Shown: in pieces, positions 25,552 through 38,990 of the stretch
Numbering within the stretch: the stretch's first letter is position 1
Layout of the letters: each line of letters starts with the position of its first letter
Assembly: GCA_043228905.1 (NCBI GenBank)
Contig: JBHGNT010000007.1
Location: 18,228,001 to 18,292,000 of the forward strand
Reading direction: 5' to 3'
Source of the DNA: Azolla caroliniana
Lineage: Eukaryota; Plantae; Polypodiophyta
Length of the DNA stretch: 64,000 bases
Made by a program: the position numbers and the translations under genes
Notes under the pieces: model-generated
Databases searched by the model: none
What the model was told of the DNA's origin: nothing
What the model saw: only the letters and a program-made list of their open reading frames with translations

Positions 25552-28500
25552 TGTAAAGAATCGGGTATGATTCTTATGTAGCGGAATAGGTGTGAACTGT
25601 GTGTGTGTGTGTGTGTGTGTATGAGAAAGAGAGAGTGAGTGAGAGAGACAAGGAGTAAGACACAGAGAATACGCAAAGTAAAAGTATATTAACAAAGGAG
25701 AAAGACTCGACATTATACAAGGTGGGAGGAGGGTGCTTTATATAGTCACCCTCTCTCTTCATTAACTACAAGACTCATGGAGCATGGGGAATGTGAAAGC
25801 TCCTAAGTTATGTGTCATAGAATATGATTCTATGACTCATACTAAATGATAAAATACAAAGTGGTGACATAATGGTGACTCTTGGCCGTTAAGCACGCGG
25901 TGCTTGCTTGAGGCCGTAGACTGGCTTCTTGACTCGGCATACAGCTTTCGGATGGGTGCTTGAGTTGAAGCCGGGTGGTTGTATCATGTACACCTCCTCT
26001 TCTAATTCGCCTTGTAGAAAGGCGTTCTTGCAATCCATTTGATGGAGGTGCCACCCTTTCGCCGCGGCAAGCGCAATTACAGTCCGTACCGTCGTCATCT
26101 TTGCCACCGCAGCAAAGGTCTCTTTGTAGTCAACTCCGTGCATTTGTGCGTAGCCTTTCGCTACGAGTCACGCTTTGTAGCGGTTAATGGAACCGTCGAT
26201 GTTGTACTTCACTTTGTAAATCCATCTGCATCTAATCGCCTTTTTGTGTGGTGAGGTGGGAACGAGATCCCACGTCTCGTTCTTGCGTTGTGCATGCATC
26301 TCCTCGTTCATGGCTTCGATCCATCGCGGATCCTTAGCTGCTTCGGAAAATGTTTCCGGCTCGCGTATTGTCGCCACCTTCATCATAAAGGCATAGTGAT
26401 ATGCCATGTAGTCGTTGTAGCCGAATCGGCTAACTGGATTCTTTTCACGGGTGGAGCGACGAAGCTTTTCATTTGCAAAGATGAGGGCTTTCTTAGCTCT
26501 GATTGGTACATCAAAGCCGCCGAACTCACTGTCGAGTGAGTGAGTCGACTCATCGTCATCGAAGCGATCGTCTTCGTATTCCGACATTTTCGCCTTGGCT
26601 TTGTCCATCTTCGGGCTAGGCCGTGATGTGCTTTGATCGCTAAAAGGCTCTTGTGGTCCACTCAGTCGGGTCGTGATCGGACTTTCTTCGAACATGCGCG
26701 TAAGGCGATCTTCATCCTCTATCTCTTGTTCGGCGGATTCCGGGTCGAGCGAAGTCGGAGTCAAAGTTGTCTCTAGTGCCTACCAAGATGCAAACTCGTC
26801 AAAAACAACGTCTCGACTTACTCGAGATTTTCAAGTTGAGGGGTTGTAGCACTTGTACCCCTTTTGCTCCAGTGAGTATCCTACGAGGATACATTTCTCC
26901 GACTTTGGATCTAGCTTTTGCCGCTTTTCGTCGGGTATGTGCACGTATGCTATCGCGCCGAATATCCGGGTGTGCGATAAGTCCAGCTTCTTTCCAAAAT
27001 ATTTTTTGTGCGGAGTGACCTCGTGCACTCCGGATGTTGTGCATCAATTCATTAGGTAGACGGCCGTATTTGCAACTTCGGCCCAATATGACTTTGGCAT
27101 ATGCTTCTCGTTCATCATGGCCCGCGCTACTTCGAGGATGTGCCGATTTTATGGGCTCGGCTACTCCATTTTGTTGTGGAGTGTGTCGACAAGTGAATTC
27201 TCGCCGAATTCCTTCCTTTCGGAGATACGCCGTGAAATCATCTGAGAAGTACTCCTTGACGCCATCCGATCGGAGACATCGTACATGTCGGCCCGCGGCT
27301 TTCTCGACTTCATTCTTGAATTTTTGAAGTGTGTCCGAACACTTCGCTCTTTTGCCGCATCGGGTAGATCCAAGTGTGCCTAGAGAAGTCGTCGATGAAG
27401 AGCACGTAATATTGGCATCCGCCGAATGTAGCCATTTGCGTCGGTCCCCATACGTCGGAATGGACTACATCGAGTAGACCTTTGCTCACGTTCCACTCTT
27501 TCAGGAATGGGTGTCGGTGTTGCTTGCCGAATTGGCACGCTTCGCATACACCTTCAATCTCCTTCTCTTTGAATGTCGGAAGTCCGACAACGACACCTTT
27601 CGATTTCATTACTTTCAGTTTGTTGAGATTGATGTGGTCGATTCACTAGTGCCATAGCTCTATGTCGGAGTCGGCTTTCGTGCTTTTTGCGAACATGGCG
27701 GATTTCATCTCGTGTGAATAGAGAATGAACATCCGGCCCTCTCTTCTTCCATGCGCGATGATTCGGCCCTCTTTTTCGATGAGGCACCCTTCTTGGTCAA
27801 ATCGTACTTGCATCCCTTGCTCAACCATTTGGCCGATCGAGACCAAAATCTTCGTGATGGTGGGAACATGCAAGACATTTTTAATGTATGTTTGCTTACC
27901 TCTTTCGCTGAATGGAACATTGCCGATGTGCCGAATCGGGAGCGTAGTGTCATCTCCGGTTTCGACATAACCGAGTCGCTCCGGCTCTCGAAGTTCGAGA
28001 AACCATTCTTTATGGGATGTCATATGGTTTGAGGCTCCGGAGTCAACAAACCATATGTCCTCCGAATTGAGGGCACTAGTTGAGGTAGAGGCCGCCATAG
28101 AGTTTGCTCTATGTTTCATCATGAACATTCCGCCACGGTCGGAGTTGGGTGCATACATTCCACCACGATCTTCGTAGTCAGAGTTATGCCCGTACATTCT
28201 GCTATACTCTTCGTAATCGGAATTGTGCACGTAATTCGTGAGTTGTTGACTTGTGGAAGCCGATTCACGCATCTTCTTTCGGCACTCTTCTTCGTGGTGA
28301 CCGAGCTTTCCGCAATATCCGCATTCGGTTGCGTTTTGACGGCTCGGGCCGGAGTGGAAGCTCCCCCTTCTTGCAAAGGTTCCTCGTTGACTTCCGTTTT
28401 GCGGCCGAAATTGGGAGTTGTTGTCATAGGTCAGACCTCATCCGCCTTGTCCTTGGCCGAATCGGGCTCTCGCTCGTCCGCGTCCTCTTCCTCTGTTCGA

Positions 28501-29612
28501 GTGCGTGTAGAGCATGTGGCCTTCCGACTCATTGCTCCTTGTACGCACGTGGTTTTCTTCGACCAATAGCATTGATTGGAGCTCGAAGAAGGAGGGAGAT
28601 TTCTCCCGTGCTAGAACGGCAGTTCGCATCGTGCCGAACCGTGGTGCGAGGCCACCGAGGCATATTTGCACCATCTCATCATCATCGATATTTATGATTA
28701 TCGAGCCGAGCGAGTCGCAAAGCTCCTTGATCTTCGAGGTGTATGTCGTGATGGACATGTCCCTTTGTTGAATGTTGTTCAACTCTTGGCGGAGTTGAAG
28801 CCTTCTTGCGGTTGTGTTCGCCGCGAAAATCTTTCGTAGATTTTCCCATGCCTCCTTCAGCGCCTTGGCTTCGCGAATGTAGCCAAGCATGTGATCGTGA
28901 ACACATGTTGCCAAGCAATACATCACGCGGCTTGCGGCTTGCGGCTTGCGGCTTGCTCCCATGTCGCGTATCCGGGAGCCGCTTCGGCGGGTCGATTTTC
29001 GTGCTCTCCTTTGATGTAGCTCCAATAGCCTTGTCCGACAAGGTATTAGTGCATCTTGTACTCCCAAGATGCAAAGTTGTTTCGATCCAACTTCTTGGTA
29101 GGGAGAGCGCTCCCCATTTGAGTATTCATTATGTTGATTCTTCTTCTTCTTCTCTCTTCAAATGCGAGCTATGTAGCGAAGCTACGATAGCGATGAGTCG
29201 GTTCTTCTTGAACATCGGTGTAGAACTCAACACACACAGATGGGATAGATGGATCTACCAAACCGCTCTAATACCATGTAAATAATCGGGTATGATTCTT
29301 GTGTAGCGGAATAGGTGTGAATTGTGTGTGTGTGTGTGTGTGTGTGTATGAGAAAGAGAGAGAGAGAGAGAGAGTGAGACAAGGAGTAAGACACAGAGAA
29401 TACGCAAAGTAAAAGTATATTAACAAAGGAGAAAGACTCGACATTATACAAGGTGGGAGGAGGGTGCTTTATATAGTCACCCTCTCTCTTCATTAACTAC
29501 AAGACTCATGGAGCATGGGGAATGCGAAAGCTCATAAGTTATGTGTCATAGAATATGATTCTATGACTCATACTAAATGCTAGAATACAAAGTGGTGACA
29601 TAATGGTGACTC
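25552..29612 (-). mobile_element. Copia LTR retrotransposon, copy 1 (5' LTR cut by the duplication junction)
   Basis: 3' LTR remnant 25552-25890 and 5' LTR from 29277, with PBS just inside. Fragments of gag, PR (WFVDSGASNHMT), INT (VHSDVWGP, FIDDFSR) and RT ([24 protein letters not shown]), with frameshifts. Confidence 0.92.
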
Positions 29613-32493
29613 GGGCGGGACCATGTGGATATTGGATTATGGAGGTCACAAGGTTTGCGATGGCACAGAGGATAGGTCCTAAACTCGAACAGAGCATAGA
29701 GTCGAACGGAGCTTAGAGTCGAATGTAGCCCAGAGTTGAGGGGAGCCCAAACTTGAGGGAACCCCAAAGTTGAAGGGAGCCTAGAGTCAAGGGGAAAGAA
29801 TTGTTCTAAACACTAAGTTGGAAAACATGGTGTTACTCGTTTGGGAGAACGTCCTATTGTATGCACAATGGTCAACGATACCGGGACGATACCAAGTTGG
29901 GAATCATACTTGAGGAAAATTGGGTTTACCTCAAAGGTATGTAATGTTTTTTGAAGTGAAGATTGTACTATCTCCTTATTATGGTTGTAGTTAAGTATAT
30001 GAAGAAAACTGGAAAAATAAGGTGAAGGATATGTGCCCAAAGATAATAATAAAAGGCAATAGGGCCTACAAAACCTATGAGACTAACTCACATCTTCTAT
30101 GACAAGTTTTTTGGAATTGCAATGGATGCCTATGGATTGTGGGATTAGCACAAATGAGTTTATTAATGAATAAGATATTATAATTCTCATTGAAACTTGG
30201 GAGAACGATACTTAGAGAATAAAAAATTGGGAAACTATAATGTACACTCCGTGATATGGGTGAGAAAAGGAAGACAATGAACAAGACAAGGAGGGATAAC
30301 ATTTGATTAAGAGGGAATTGGAAAATATGTTTTGATCATAAAAAAATATGAGCATAAATTTTACCTGTAGCTTCAATGTTGAGTGACAAGCTCAACATGA
30401 GCAAAATCAGCTAAAGGCTGAAAGGCCGAGGTGGTTGAAGAAGCCAAAAGCCAAACCAATTGAAGAAGTAGTTAGGTTCTATATTCCTAATTTAGTAATA
30501 GGAATATAATACTATGTTTAGTTTCTAAGCTCATAAGTGAGTATTAAGTACTTTGTCAGTACTTGTGTCTGCCCATTGTCAAGGGCTTGTATAAAAATTG
30601 CTCGATGAGCACATTGCATGTATTGAGCACTATTATTTTTTCAATAGAAGTTTGTTGTTTGCTAACTCAATCTCTCTCCATGTGTCTGTGTACTTCATTC
30701 TCTATGTATGCCTAGTTGTCTACTGTTGTCTGGCTCAACCGGTTGTATCTGTTGTATACAAGCCTCCACATTTTCAATTTTTCATTCAAATAGAAACAAG
30801 AAATGATATATCCACTTTACAATTGGATGCTACATTCCATATCAAGATTCTAAGTTTTGAGGCTTTTGTCGCTAAAATCGTGTTACCTATTCCAAGGTTC
30901 TAGTCATCTTAATATCTGTCGGTATGGGAGAGGAGTGGTAGGCTAGTTATGTATTGATCATGGCGCGAGTGTGATCGACAGGAATGGTTTCTTATGTCCA
31001 ATCTATTTACCTTTCTTATACTTTAATTTGGTCTATTGATTAGTAATAAATTTTTAATATTAGTATCAAAGTGTTTACTAGCAAATTTTTTGTGATGTTT
31101 TTGTGTGAGCGATGGGGATCTAGCATGGCTCATCATGGTCTTCTCAAGCTCAAAATAACATTTCAAACCCGGTATTCTTCTTTCTCAATATCTCTTCTTT
31201 TCTATAATGACTTATTCTTGGTTGAATGAAAGTTTGTATTACAACTTCTTTTCTTTCTTTCTTCTTTATGTTTGCATGACATGTTTTGTAGTATGTGAAA
31301 TTGTACCAATGATAATAATTATCATCGTGCATTGGGGAAAGTGTGTTTCCACTAATCCCACATGCTTAATTCATAACCGTTTTGCAAATTGCATTTTTTA
31401 TACCACTCTCCCCTCTATTGAGTTATTTGTTGGTTGATTCTATGGGACGTGATGGTCATCATGAGGTGCATGTCTACCACCCTAGGGCATCTTACCTTAG
31501 GACATGTGTAATGTTTCACTCACACCTATTTTTTCTTTTTCTAATTACATGGTTGTCTTCCTACTTCCTTGTGATTGTTCTCATCATTGCCATCTCCCTT
31601 CCACACTTAACTCTATTTTTTACCCTTTATTTTCATGATAAACTTTAGTAGAGTTATTCTTAAGAAAGTTTAGTGTAGGAATAAAGAGTGGGCATCAATA
31701 AAACCTTCCAAGTTTTAATAAGCTTGAAGTTTATGGAAAAAATCTAAACAACTTCCAAATAATATAAGTAAACCCATTTCTCATAAGGAATGAGAAAGTA
31801 AGATTAATATGAATTAAGTTTATAAGTATTGAAAAAAAAACATTTGGTCAAGTTTCGGTGAGGCCCGCCAACGAACAACTAGTATGTTGCCTTTTGTTGT
31901 AGGATCCACGCACCCTCGTTTTGTTGTCTCTTAACTCTTGACCACCCACAAATATCATTTTTCCAACCACCAAATCAATTAATAAATTCTTACATACCCA
32001 TCAAGACCAAGAAATTCCCCGCCCTAAATATCTTTAAGAAAATAATTGGAGAAGAAGACAGAAGAATCAGAAAACCCATCAAATTTAACACCAAATCCTA
32101 AAATCCTAGATTCCCAAGCGTTCTCTTGCTCTCTCCTCCCCCAAAACACAAAACCTAACCATCCCCCTTTTTCCCCAAGGCCCCCAAAAGAGAGAAAACA
32201 CCCAACTTACTAACTTACTGTAGTATCTCCCTAAGTCCACATCAACACTTTTTCATTTCGTTATACCCTCAGACACGCCATGTCACGACAACGTCCCATA
32301 TTATTGACAAGTATGTACATGGCCAGATGACAAGTTTGCCTATTAACATTTAAACCTTCAAAGTTGAACTACAAGATAGCAACCAACCAATCATGTATAA
32401 TTTAGCTTGATATAACATAGATGGATATCTATCTATATATATATATATATACATCATATATATATATATACATCATATATATATATATACATC

Positions 32494-32554
<61 letters not shown>

Positions 32555-32632
32555 CTTGTAATGATTTCTCTCATTTCACTTTTCTATGTAATTATTAACC
32601 AATAATTGATTCTGTTCTTTGTCCATTGTTCA

Positions 32633-35600
32633 TGTAAAGAATCGGGTATGATTCTTATGTAGCGGAATAGGTGTGAACTGTGTGTGTGTGTGTGTGTGTA
32701 TGAGAAAGAGAGAGTGAGTGAGAGAGACAAGGAGTAAGACACAGAGAATACGCAAAGTAAAAGTATATTAACAAAGGAGAAAGACTCGACATTATACAAG
32801 GTGGGAGGAGGGTGCTTTATATAGTCACCCTCTCTCTTCATTAACTACAAGACTCATGGAGCATGGGGAATGTGAAAGCTCCTAAGTTATGTGTCATAGA
32901 ATATGATTCTATGACTCATACTAAATGATAAAATACAAAGTGGTGACATAATGGTGACTCTTGGCCGTTAAGCACGCGGTGCTTGCTTGAGGCCGTAGAC
33001 TGGCTTCTTGACTCGGCATACAGCTTTCGGATGGGTGCTTGAGTTGAAGCCGGGTGGTTGTATCATGTACACCTCCTCTTCTAATTCGCCTTGTAGAAAG
33101 GCGTTCTTGCAATCCATTTGATGGAGGTGCCACCCTTTCGCCGCGGCAAGCGCAATTACAGTCCGTACCGTCGTCATCTTTGCCACCGCAGCAAAGGTCT
33201 CTTTGTAGTCAACTCCGTGCATTTGTGCGTAGCCTTTCGCTACGAGTCACGCTTTGTAGCGGTTAATGGAACCGTCGATGTTGTACTTCACTTTGTAAAT
33301 CCATCTGCATCTAATCGCCTTTTTGTGTGGTGAGGTGGGAACGAGATCCCACGTCTCGTTCTTGCGTTGTGCATGCATCTCCTCGTTCATGGCTTCGATC
33401 CATCGCGGATCCTTAGCTGCTTCGGAAAATGTTTCCGGCTCGCGTATTGTCGCCACCTTCATCATAAAGGCATAGTGATATGCCATGTAGTCGTTGTAGC
33501 CGAATCGGCTAACTGGATTCTTTTCACGGGTGGAGCGACGAAGCTTTTCATTTGCAAAGATGAGGGCTTTCTTAGCTCTGATTGGTACATCAAAGCCGCC
33601 GAACTCACTGTCGAGTGAGTGAGTCGACTCATCGTCATCGAAGCGATCGTCTTCGTATTCCGACATTTTCGCCTTGGCTTTGTCCATCTTCGGGCTAGGC
33701 CGTGATGTGCTTTGATCGCTAAAAGGCTCTTGTGGTCCACTCAGTCGGGTCGTGATCGGACTTTCTTCGAACATGCGCGTAAGGCGATCTTCATCCTCTA
33801 TCTCTTGTTCGGCGGATTCCGGGTCGAGCGAAGTCGGAGTCAAAGTTGTCTCTAGTGCCTACCAAGATGCAAACTCGTCAAAAACAACGTCTCGACTTAC
33901 TCGAGATTTTCAAGTTGAGGGGTTGTAGCACTTGTACCCCTTTTGCTCCAGTGAGTATCCTACGAGGATACATTTCTCCGACTTTGGATCTAGCTTTTGC
34001 CGCTTTTCGTCGGGTATGTGCACGTATGCTATCGCGCCGAATATCCGGGTGTGCGATAAGTCCAGCTTCTTTCCAAAATATTTTTTGTGCGGAGTGACCT
34101 CGTGCACTCCGGATGTTGTGCATCAATTCATTAGGTAGACGGCCGTATTTGCAACTTCGGCCCAATATGACTTTGGCATATGCTTCTCGTTCATCATGGC
34201 CCGCGCTACTTCGAGGATGTGCCGATTTTATGGGCTCGGCTACTCCATTTTGTTGTGGAGTGTGTCGACAAGTGAATTCTCGCCGAATTCCTTCCTTTCG
34301 GAGATACGCCGTGAAATCATCTGAGAAGTACTCCTTGACGCCATCCGATCGGAGACATCGTACATGTCGGCCCGCGGCTTTCTCGACTTCATTCTTGAAT
34401 TTTTGAAGTGTGTCCGAACACTTCGCTCTTTTGCCGCATCGGGTAGATCCAAGTGTGCCTAGAGAAGTCGTCGATGAAGAGCACGTAATATTGGCATCCG
34501 CCGAATGTAGCCATTTGCGTCGGTCCCCATACGTCGGAATGGACTACATCGAGTAGACCTTTGCTCACGTTCCACTCTTTCAGGAATGGGTGTCGGTGTT
34601 GCTTGCCGAATTGGCACGCTTCGCATACACCTTCAATCTCCTTCTCTTTGAATGTCGGAAGTCCGACAACGACACCTTTCGATTTCATTACTTTCAGTTT
34701 GTTGAGATTGATGTGGTCGATTCACTAGTGCCATAGCTCTATGTCGGAGTCGGCTTTCGTGCTTTTTGCGAACATGGCGGATTTCATCTCGTGTGAATAG
34801 AGAATGAACATCCGGCCCTCTCTTCTTCCATGCGCGATGATTCGGCCCTCTTTTTCGATGAGGCACCCTTCTTGGTCAAATCGTACTTGCATCCCTTGCT
34901 CAACCATTTGGCCGATCGAGACCAAAATCTTCGTGATGGTGGGAACATGCAAGACATTTTTAATGTATGTTTGCTTACCTCTTTCGCTGAATGGAACATT
35001 GCCGATGTGCCGAATCGGGAGCGTAGTGTCATCTCCGGTTTCGACATAACCGAGTCGCTCCGGCTCTCGAAGTTCGAGAAACCATTCTTTATGGGATGTC
35101 ATATGGTTTGAGGCTCCGGAGTCAACAAACCATATGTCCTCCGAATTGAGGGCACTAGTTGAGGTAGAGGCCGCCATAGAGTTTGCTCTATGTTTCATCA
35201 TGAACATTCCGCCACGGTCGGAGTTGGGTGCATACATTCCACCACGATCTTCGTAGTCAGAGTTATGCCCGTACATTCTGCTATACTCTTCGTAATCGGA
35301 ATTGTGCACGTAATTCGTGAGTTGTTGACTTGTGGAAGCCGATTCACGCATCTTCTTTCGGCACTCTTCTTCGTGGTGACCGAGCTTTCCGCAATATCCG
35401 CATTCGGTTGCGTTTTGACGGCTCGGGCCGGAGTGGAAGCTCCCCCTTCTTGCAAAGGTTCCTCGTTGACTTCCGTTTTGCGGCCGAAATTGGGAGTTGT
35501 TGTCATAGGTCAGACCTCATCCGCCTTGTCCTTGGCCGAATCGGGCTCTCGCTCGTCCGCGTCCTCTTCCTCTGTTCGAGTGCGTGTAGAGCATGTGGCC

Positions 35601-36764
35601 TTCCGACTCATTGCTCCTTGTACGCACGTGGTTTTCTTCGACCAATAGCATTGATTGGAGCTCGAAGAAGGAGGGAGATTTCTCCCGTGCTAGAACGGCA
35701 GTTCGCATCGTGCCGAACCGTGGTGCGAGGCCACCGAGGCATATTTGCACCATCTCATCATCATCGATATTTATGATTATCGAGCCGAGCGAGTCGCAAA
35801 GCTCCTTGATCTTCGAGGTGTATGTCGTGATGGACATGTCCCTTTGTTGAATGTTGTTCAACTCTTGGCGGAGTTGAAGCCTTCTTGCGGTTGTGTTCGC
35901 CGCGAAAATCTTTCGTAGATTTTCCCATGCCTCCTTCAGCGCCTTGGCTTCGCGAATGTAGCCAAGCATGTGATCGTGAACACATGTTGCCAAGCAATAC
36001 ATCACGCGGCTTGCGGCTTGCGGCTTGCGGCTTGCTCCCATGTCGCGTATCCGGGAGCCGCTTCGGCGGGTCGATTTTCGTGCTCTCCTTTGATGTAGCT
36101 CCAATAGCCTTGTCCGACAAGGTATTAGTGCATCTTGTACTCCCAAGATGCAAAGTTGTTTCGATCCAACTTCTTGGTAGGGAGAGCGCTCCCCATTTGA
36201 GTATTCATTATGTTGATTCTTCTTCTTCTTCTCTCTTCAAATGCGAGCTATGTAGCGAAGCTACGATAGCGATGAGTCGGTTCTTCTTGAACATCGGTGT
36301 AGAACTCAACACACACAGATGGGATAGATGGATCTACCAAACCGCTCTAATACCATGTAAATAATCGGGTATGATTCTTGTGTAGCGGAATAGGTGTGAA
36401 TTGTGTGTGTGTGTGTGTGTGTGTGTATGAGAAAGAGAGAGAGAGAGAGAGAGTGAGACAAGGAGTAAGACACAGAGAATACGCAAAGTAAAAGTATATT
36501 AACAAAGGAGAAAGACTCGACATTATACAAGGTGGGAGGAGGGTGCTTTATATAGTCACCCTCTCTCTTCATTAACTACAAGACTCATGGAGCATGGGGA
36601 ATGCGAAAGCTCATAAGTTATGTGTCATAGAATATGATTCTATGACTCATACTAAATGCTAGAATACAAAGTGGTGACATAATGGTGACTCTCGGCCGTT
36701 GGAGTGTCTATTCACTCTCAAGGTGAGTTCACACACTAGACCAAGTTGGGCTTGATTCTCAACA
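32633..36764 (-). mobile_element. Copia LTR retrotransposon, copy 2 (4132 bp, internally deleted); 5' LTR 36356-36764, 3' LTR remnant 32633-32969
   Basis: TG...CA ends with perfect TSD GTTCA (32628-32632, 36765-36769). PBS TGGTATTAGAGC on the minus strand at 36344-36355. RT joins directly to the 3' LTR, and RNaseH and PPT are missing. Confidence 0.93.
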
Positions 36765-37410
36765 GTTCACTTAGTCTTAAATGCTACATTGTTCACAATT
36801 TATGTGTACAATTGACATCATTGTTCAACCTATGATTCTAGGTTAAACTTGCATTACATATTGATTATTGGATCCTAACCTTGCAAGATAGAAATACATA
36901 TGCCTCAAGGTAAGTCTATGCCAATAAGGTAGTGGTTCAATGTAAGGCACCTCTTACTTGTGCCACTTAACACTTTATGAAAGTAGTCACATTAGGAATT
37001 AGGGATTTGTAGTTTGGCAAGGCAACATGTCCTCATTATGGCCTAATTAGCGTATATGGAATCCCTTTACTTGTTATGCTCAATACGGGGTTCAAAGACA
37101 CATTCAGTGATTAAAAGGTAAATGTTGGTATGATAGTTTTCCTTGTTAGAAACTTCAAGGAGGTGGTCATAAGAGGAATCAAGGATTTGTAGGCTAGCAT
37201 GGCATCATCATATTTGTCATTTGCATTGGCCTTTGTCACATGGGACAATATAGGTAGGTCCATTATGCGAGATGTACATAGACATGAAGGATGTCATGGG
37301 AACCCTTGATTGATTGATTGATTTTGTATGTAAGCCAATAGGATGTCATATTCTATTTGACTTTCGTAATGAATACATTACTCCTGGCGGAAAAGAAAAG
37401 GGAGAGATAA

Positions 37411-38200
37411 CGAGGTGTGAACATAGCCCACGATAAGTTCTATGGATGATCATGGTCATGGTGGATGATAGAGGAGCTCAAAGAGAGGGATGAACAAGGT
37501 GTGAAGAGGGTTTACGATCAGCTCTATCGATGGTCATGGTCATGGTCATGATGGGATAGAGTAGCTCAAAAAGGGAGATGGACAAGGTGTGAACAGTGCC
37601 CTTGATAAGCTCTATGGATGATCTTGGTCATGGTCATGGTCATGATGGGACAAAAGAGCTCACAAAGGGAGATGGACAAGGTGTGAACATGGCCCTTGAT
37701 CAACTATATGGATTATCATGGTCATAGTCATGATGGGAGAGAGGAGATCACAAAAGGAGATGGACCAAGGTGTGAACGTGGCCATTGATCAACTCTATGG
37801 ATGATCATGGTCATGGCCATAGCCACGATGGGACAAAGGAGCTCAAAAAGAGAGACGAACAGGGCCCTTACTAAGCTCTATGGATGGTCTTGGTCTTGGT
37901 CTTGGTCATGATTGGATAGAGGAGCTCAAAAAGAGAGACGAGCAGGGCCCTTACTAAGCTCTATGGATGATCTTGGTCTTGGTATTGGTCATGATGGGAC
38001 ATCGGAGCTCAGAAAAGAGAGATGTACGAGTGTGAACAAGACCTTTGATAAGCTCTATGGATGGTCTTGGCCATGGTCATGGTCATGATGGGATAGAGGA
38101 GCTCAGAAAAGAGAGATAGACAAGGCCCTTGATAAGCTCTATGGATGGTCTTGGTCTTGGTCTTGGTCTTGGTCATGGTGGGGAAACAGGGGAGCTCAAA
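37411..38200. repeat. Minisatellite, ~9 units of ~82-94 bp with internal (CATGGT)n/(CTTGGT)n hexamers
   Basis: Recurring aagctctatggatg...catgatggga..gagctcaaaa.gagag. No ORF of 60 aa or more in the track. Confidence 0.85.
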
Positions 38201-38990
38201 TGGAAGCTTAACCTTGGAGCTTCTGTGGAAAGACTACTTTAGAGAGCCTCACCTATGGCATGACAATCGCTCCTTCAACAAGGTGAGCCATCGCCTACAC
38301 ATACAGTAGTTCCTCTAATACAAGGTGAGGGGAAAATGGCACTTACCTAAACTGCTCTGTTCTGCTGTGTGCTGGTTTGTTTTTGTTCTGTCTTGCTTGG
38401 AGAGAGAGGCTTGACGGTTAATAGGGAGCAAGAATTTTACAGTTCGGAGAGAGGGAGAGATTTAGGGTTTAGAGACAGCAATGGTTTTAGGGTAGTTTTG
38501 TGTTGGTTAGGTTTAGGAGAGAGGTTTGAGGGTTTAGAGAGGAAAAGAGATTTTGAGGAGCTAAGACAACAATAGTTTTAGGTTGGGAGAGAGGGAGAGG
38601 CTTACAGTTAGGTTTTAGAGACAGAGATATATAGGATTTAGGATTTTGAGAGAGAGAGAGATTTAGGGGATAAGTTTAAACGAAAATGACATAGTGGTCA
38701 AGTGTTTGCAACATTCCTCATGTTGTCGGCGATTATTCTGTTTGAAAGTCAATGCAGCTTTGTAGGAATTCTTGAAAATCACACCGGTGTCCTCAGATGT
38801 TAGGCATTCCAAAGTGATATATTCTTCTGTTTATGGTATATGGATGCAACATAGATCACATATTCTCTTTGTCTTCTCGATATTCAGCCAAACCCCAGTT
38901 CCAGAATGAGGGAGTATTAGAGGTTAGGTTTTAGAGAGGGTTTTGGGAATGATGTTCGGTTTATGATTTAAAGAAACAGAAAATACCATT

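Larger units (their letters stand above)
22528..36687. repeat. Near-identical tandem duplication: unit 1 22528-29608, unit 2 29609-36687
   Basis: All ORFs recur at an offset of 7081/7079. The junction has the 4-bp microhomology ACTC. The differences I saw were one substitution (ggcgcag/ggcacag) and microsatellite lengths. Confidence 0.95.

Noticed and set aside
12843-36355. tRNA-Met-like sequences
   Set aside because: They are only 12-nt retroelement primer-binding sites, not tRNA genes.
37411-38200. CRISPR-like array or His-rich (HGHGHD/HDHDHD) coding repeat
   Set aside because: Whole units are homologous with no unique spacers, there are no cas genes and the context is eukaryotic. Unit lengths break frame and stops occur in the frames checked.
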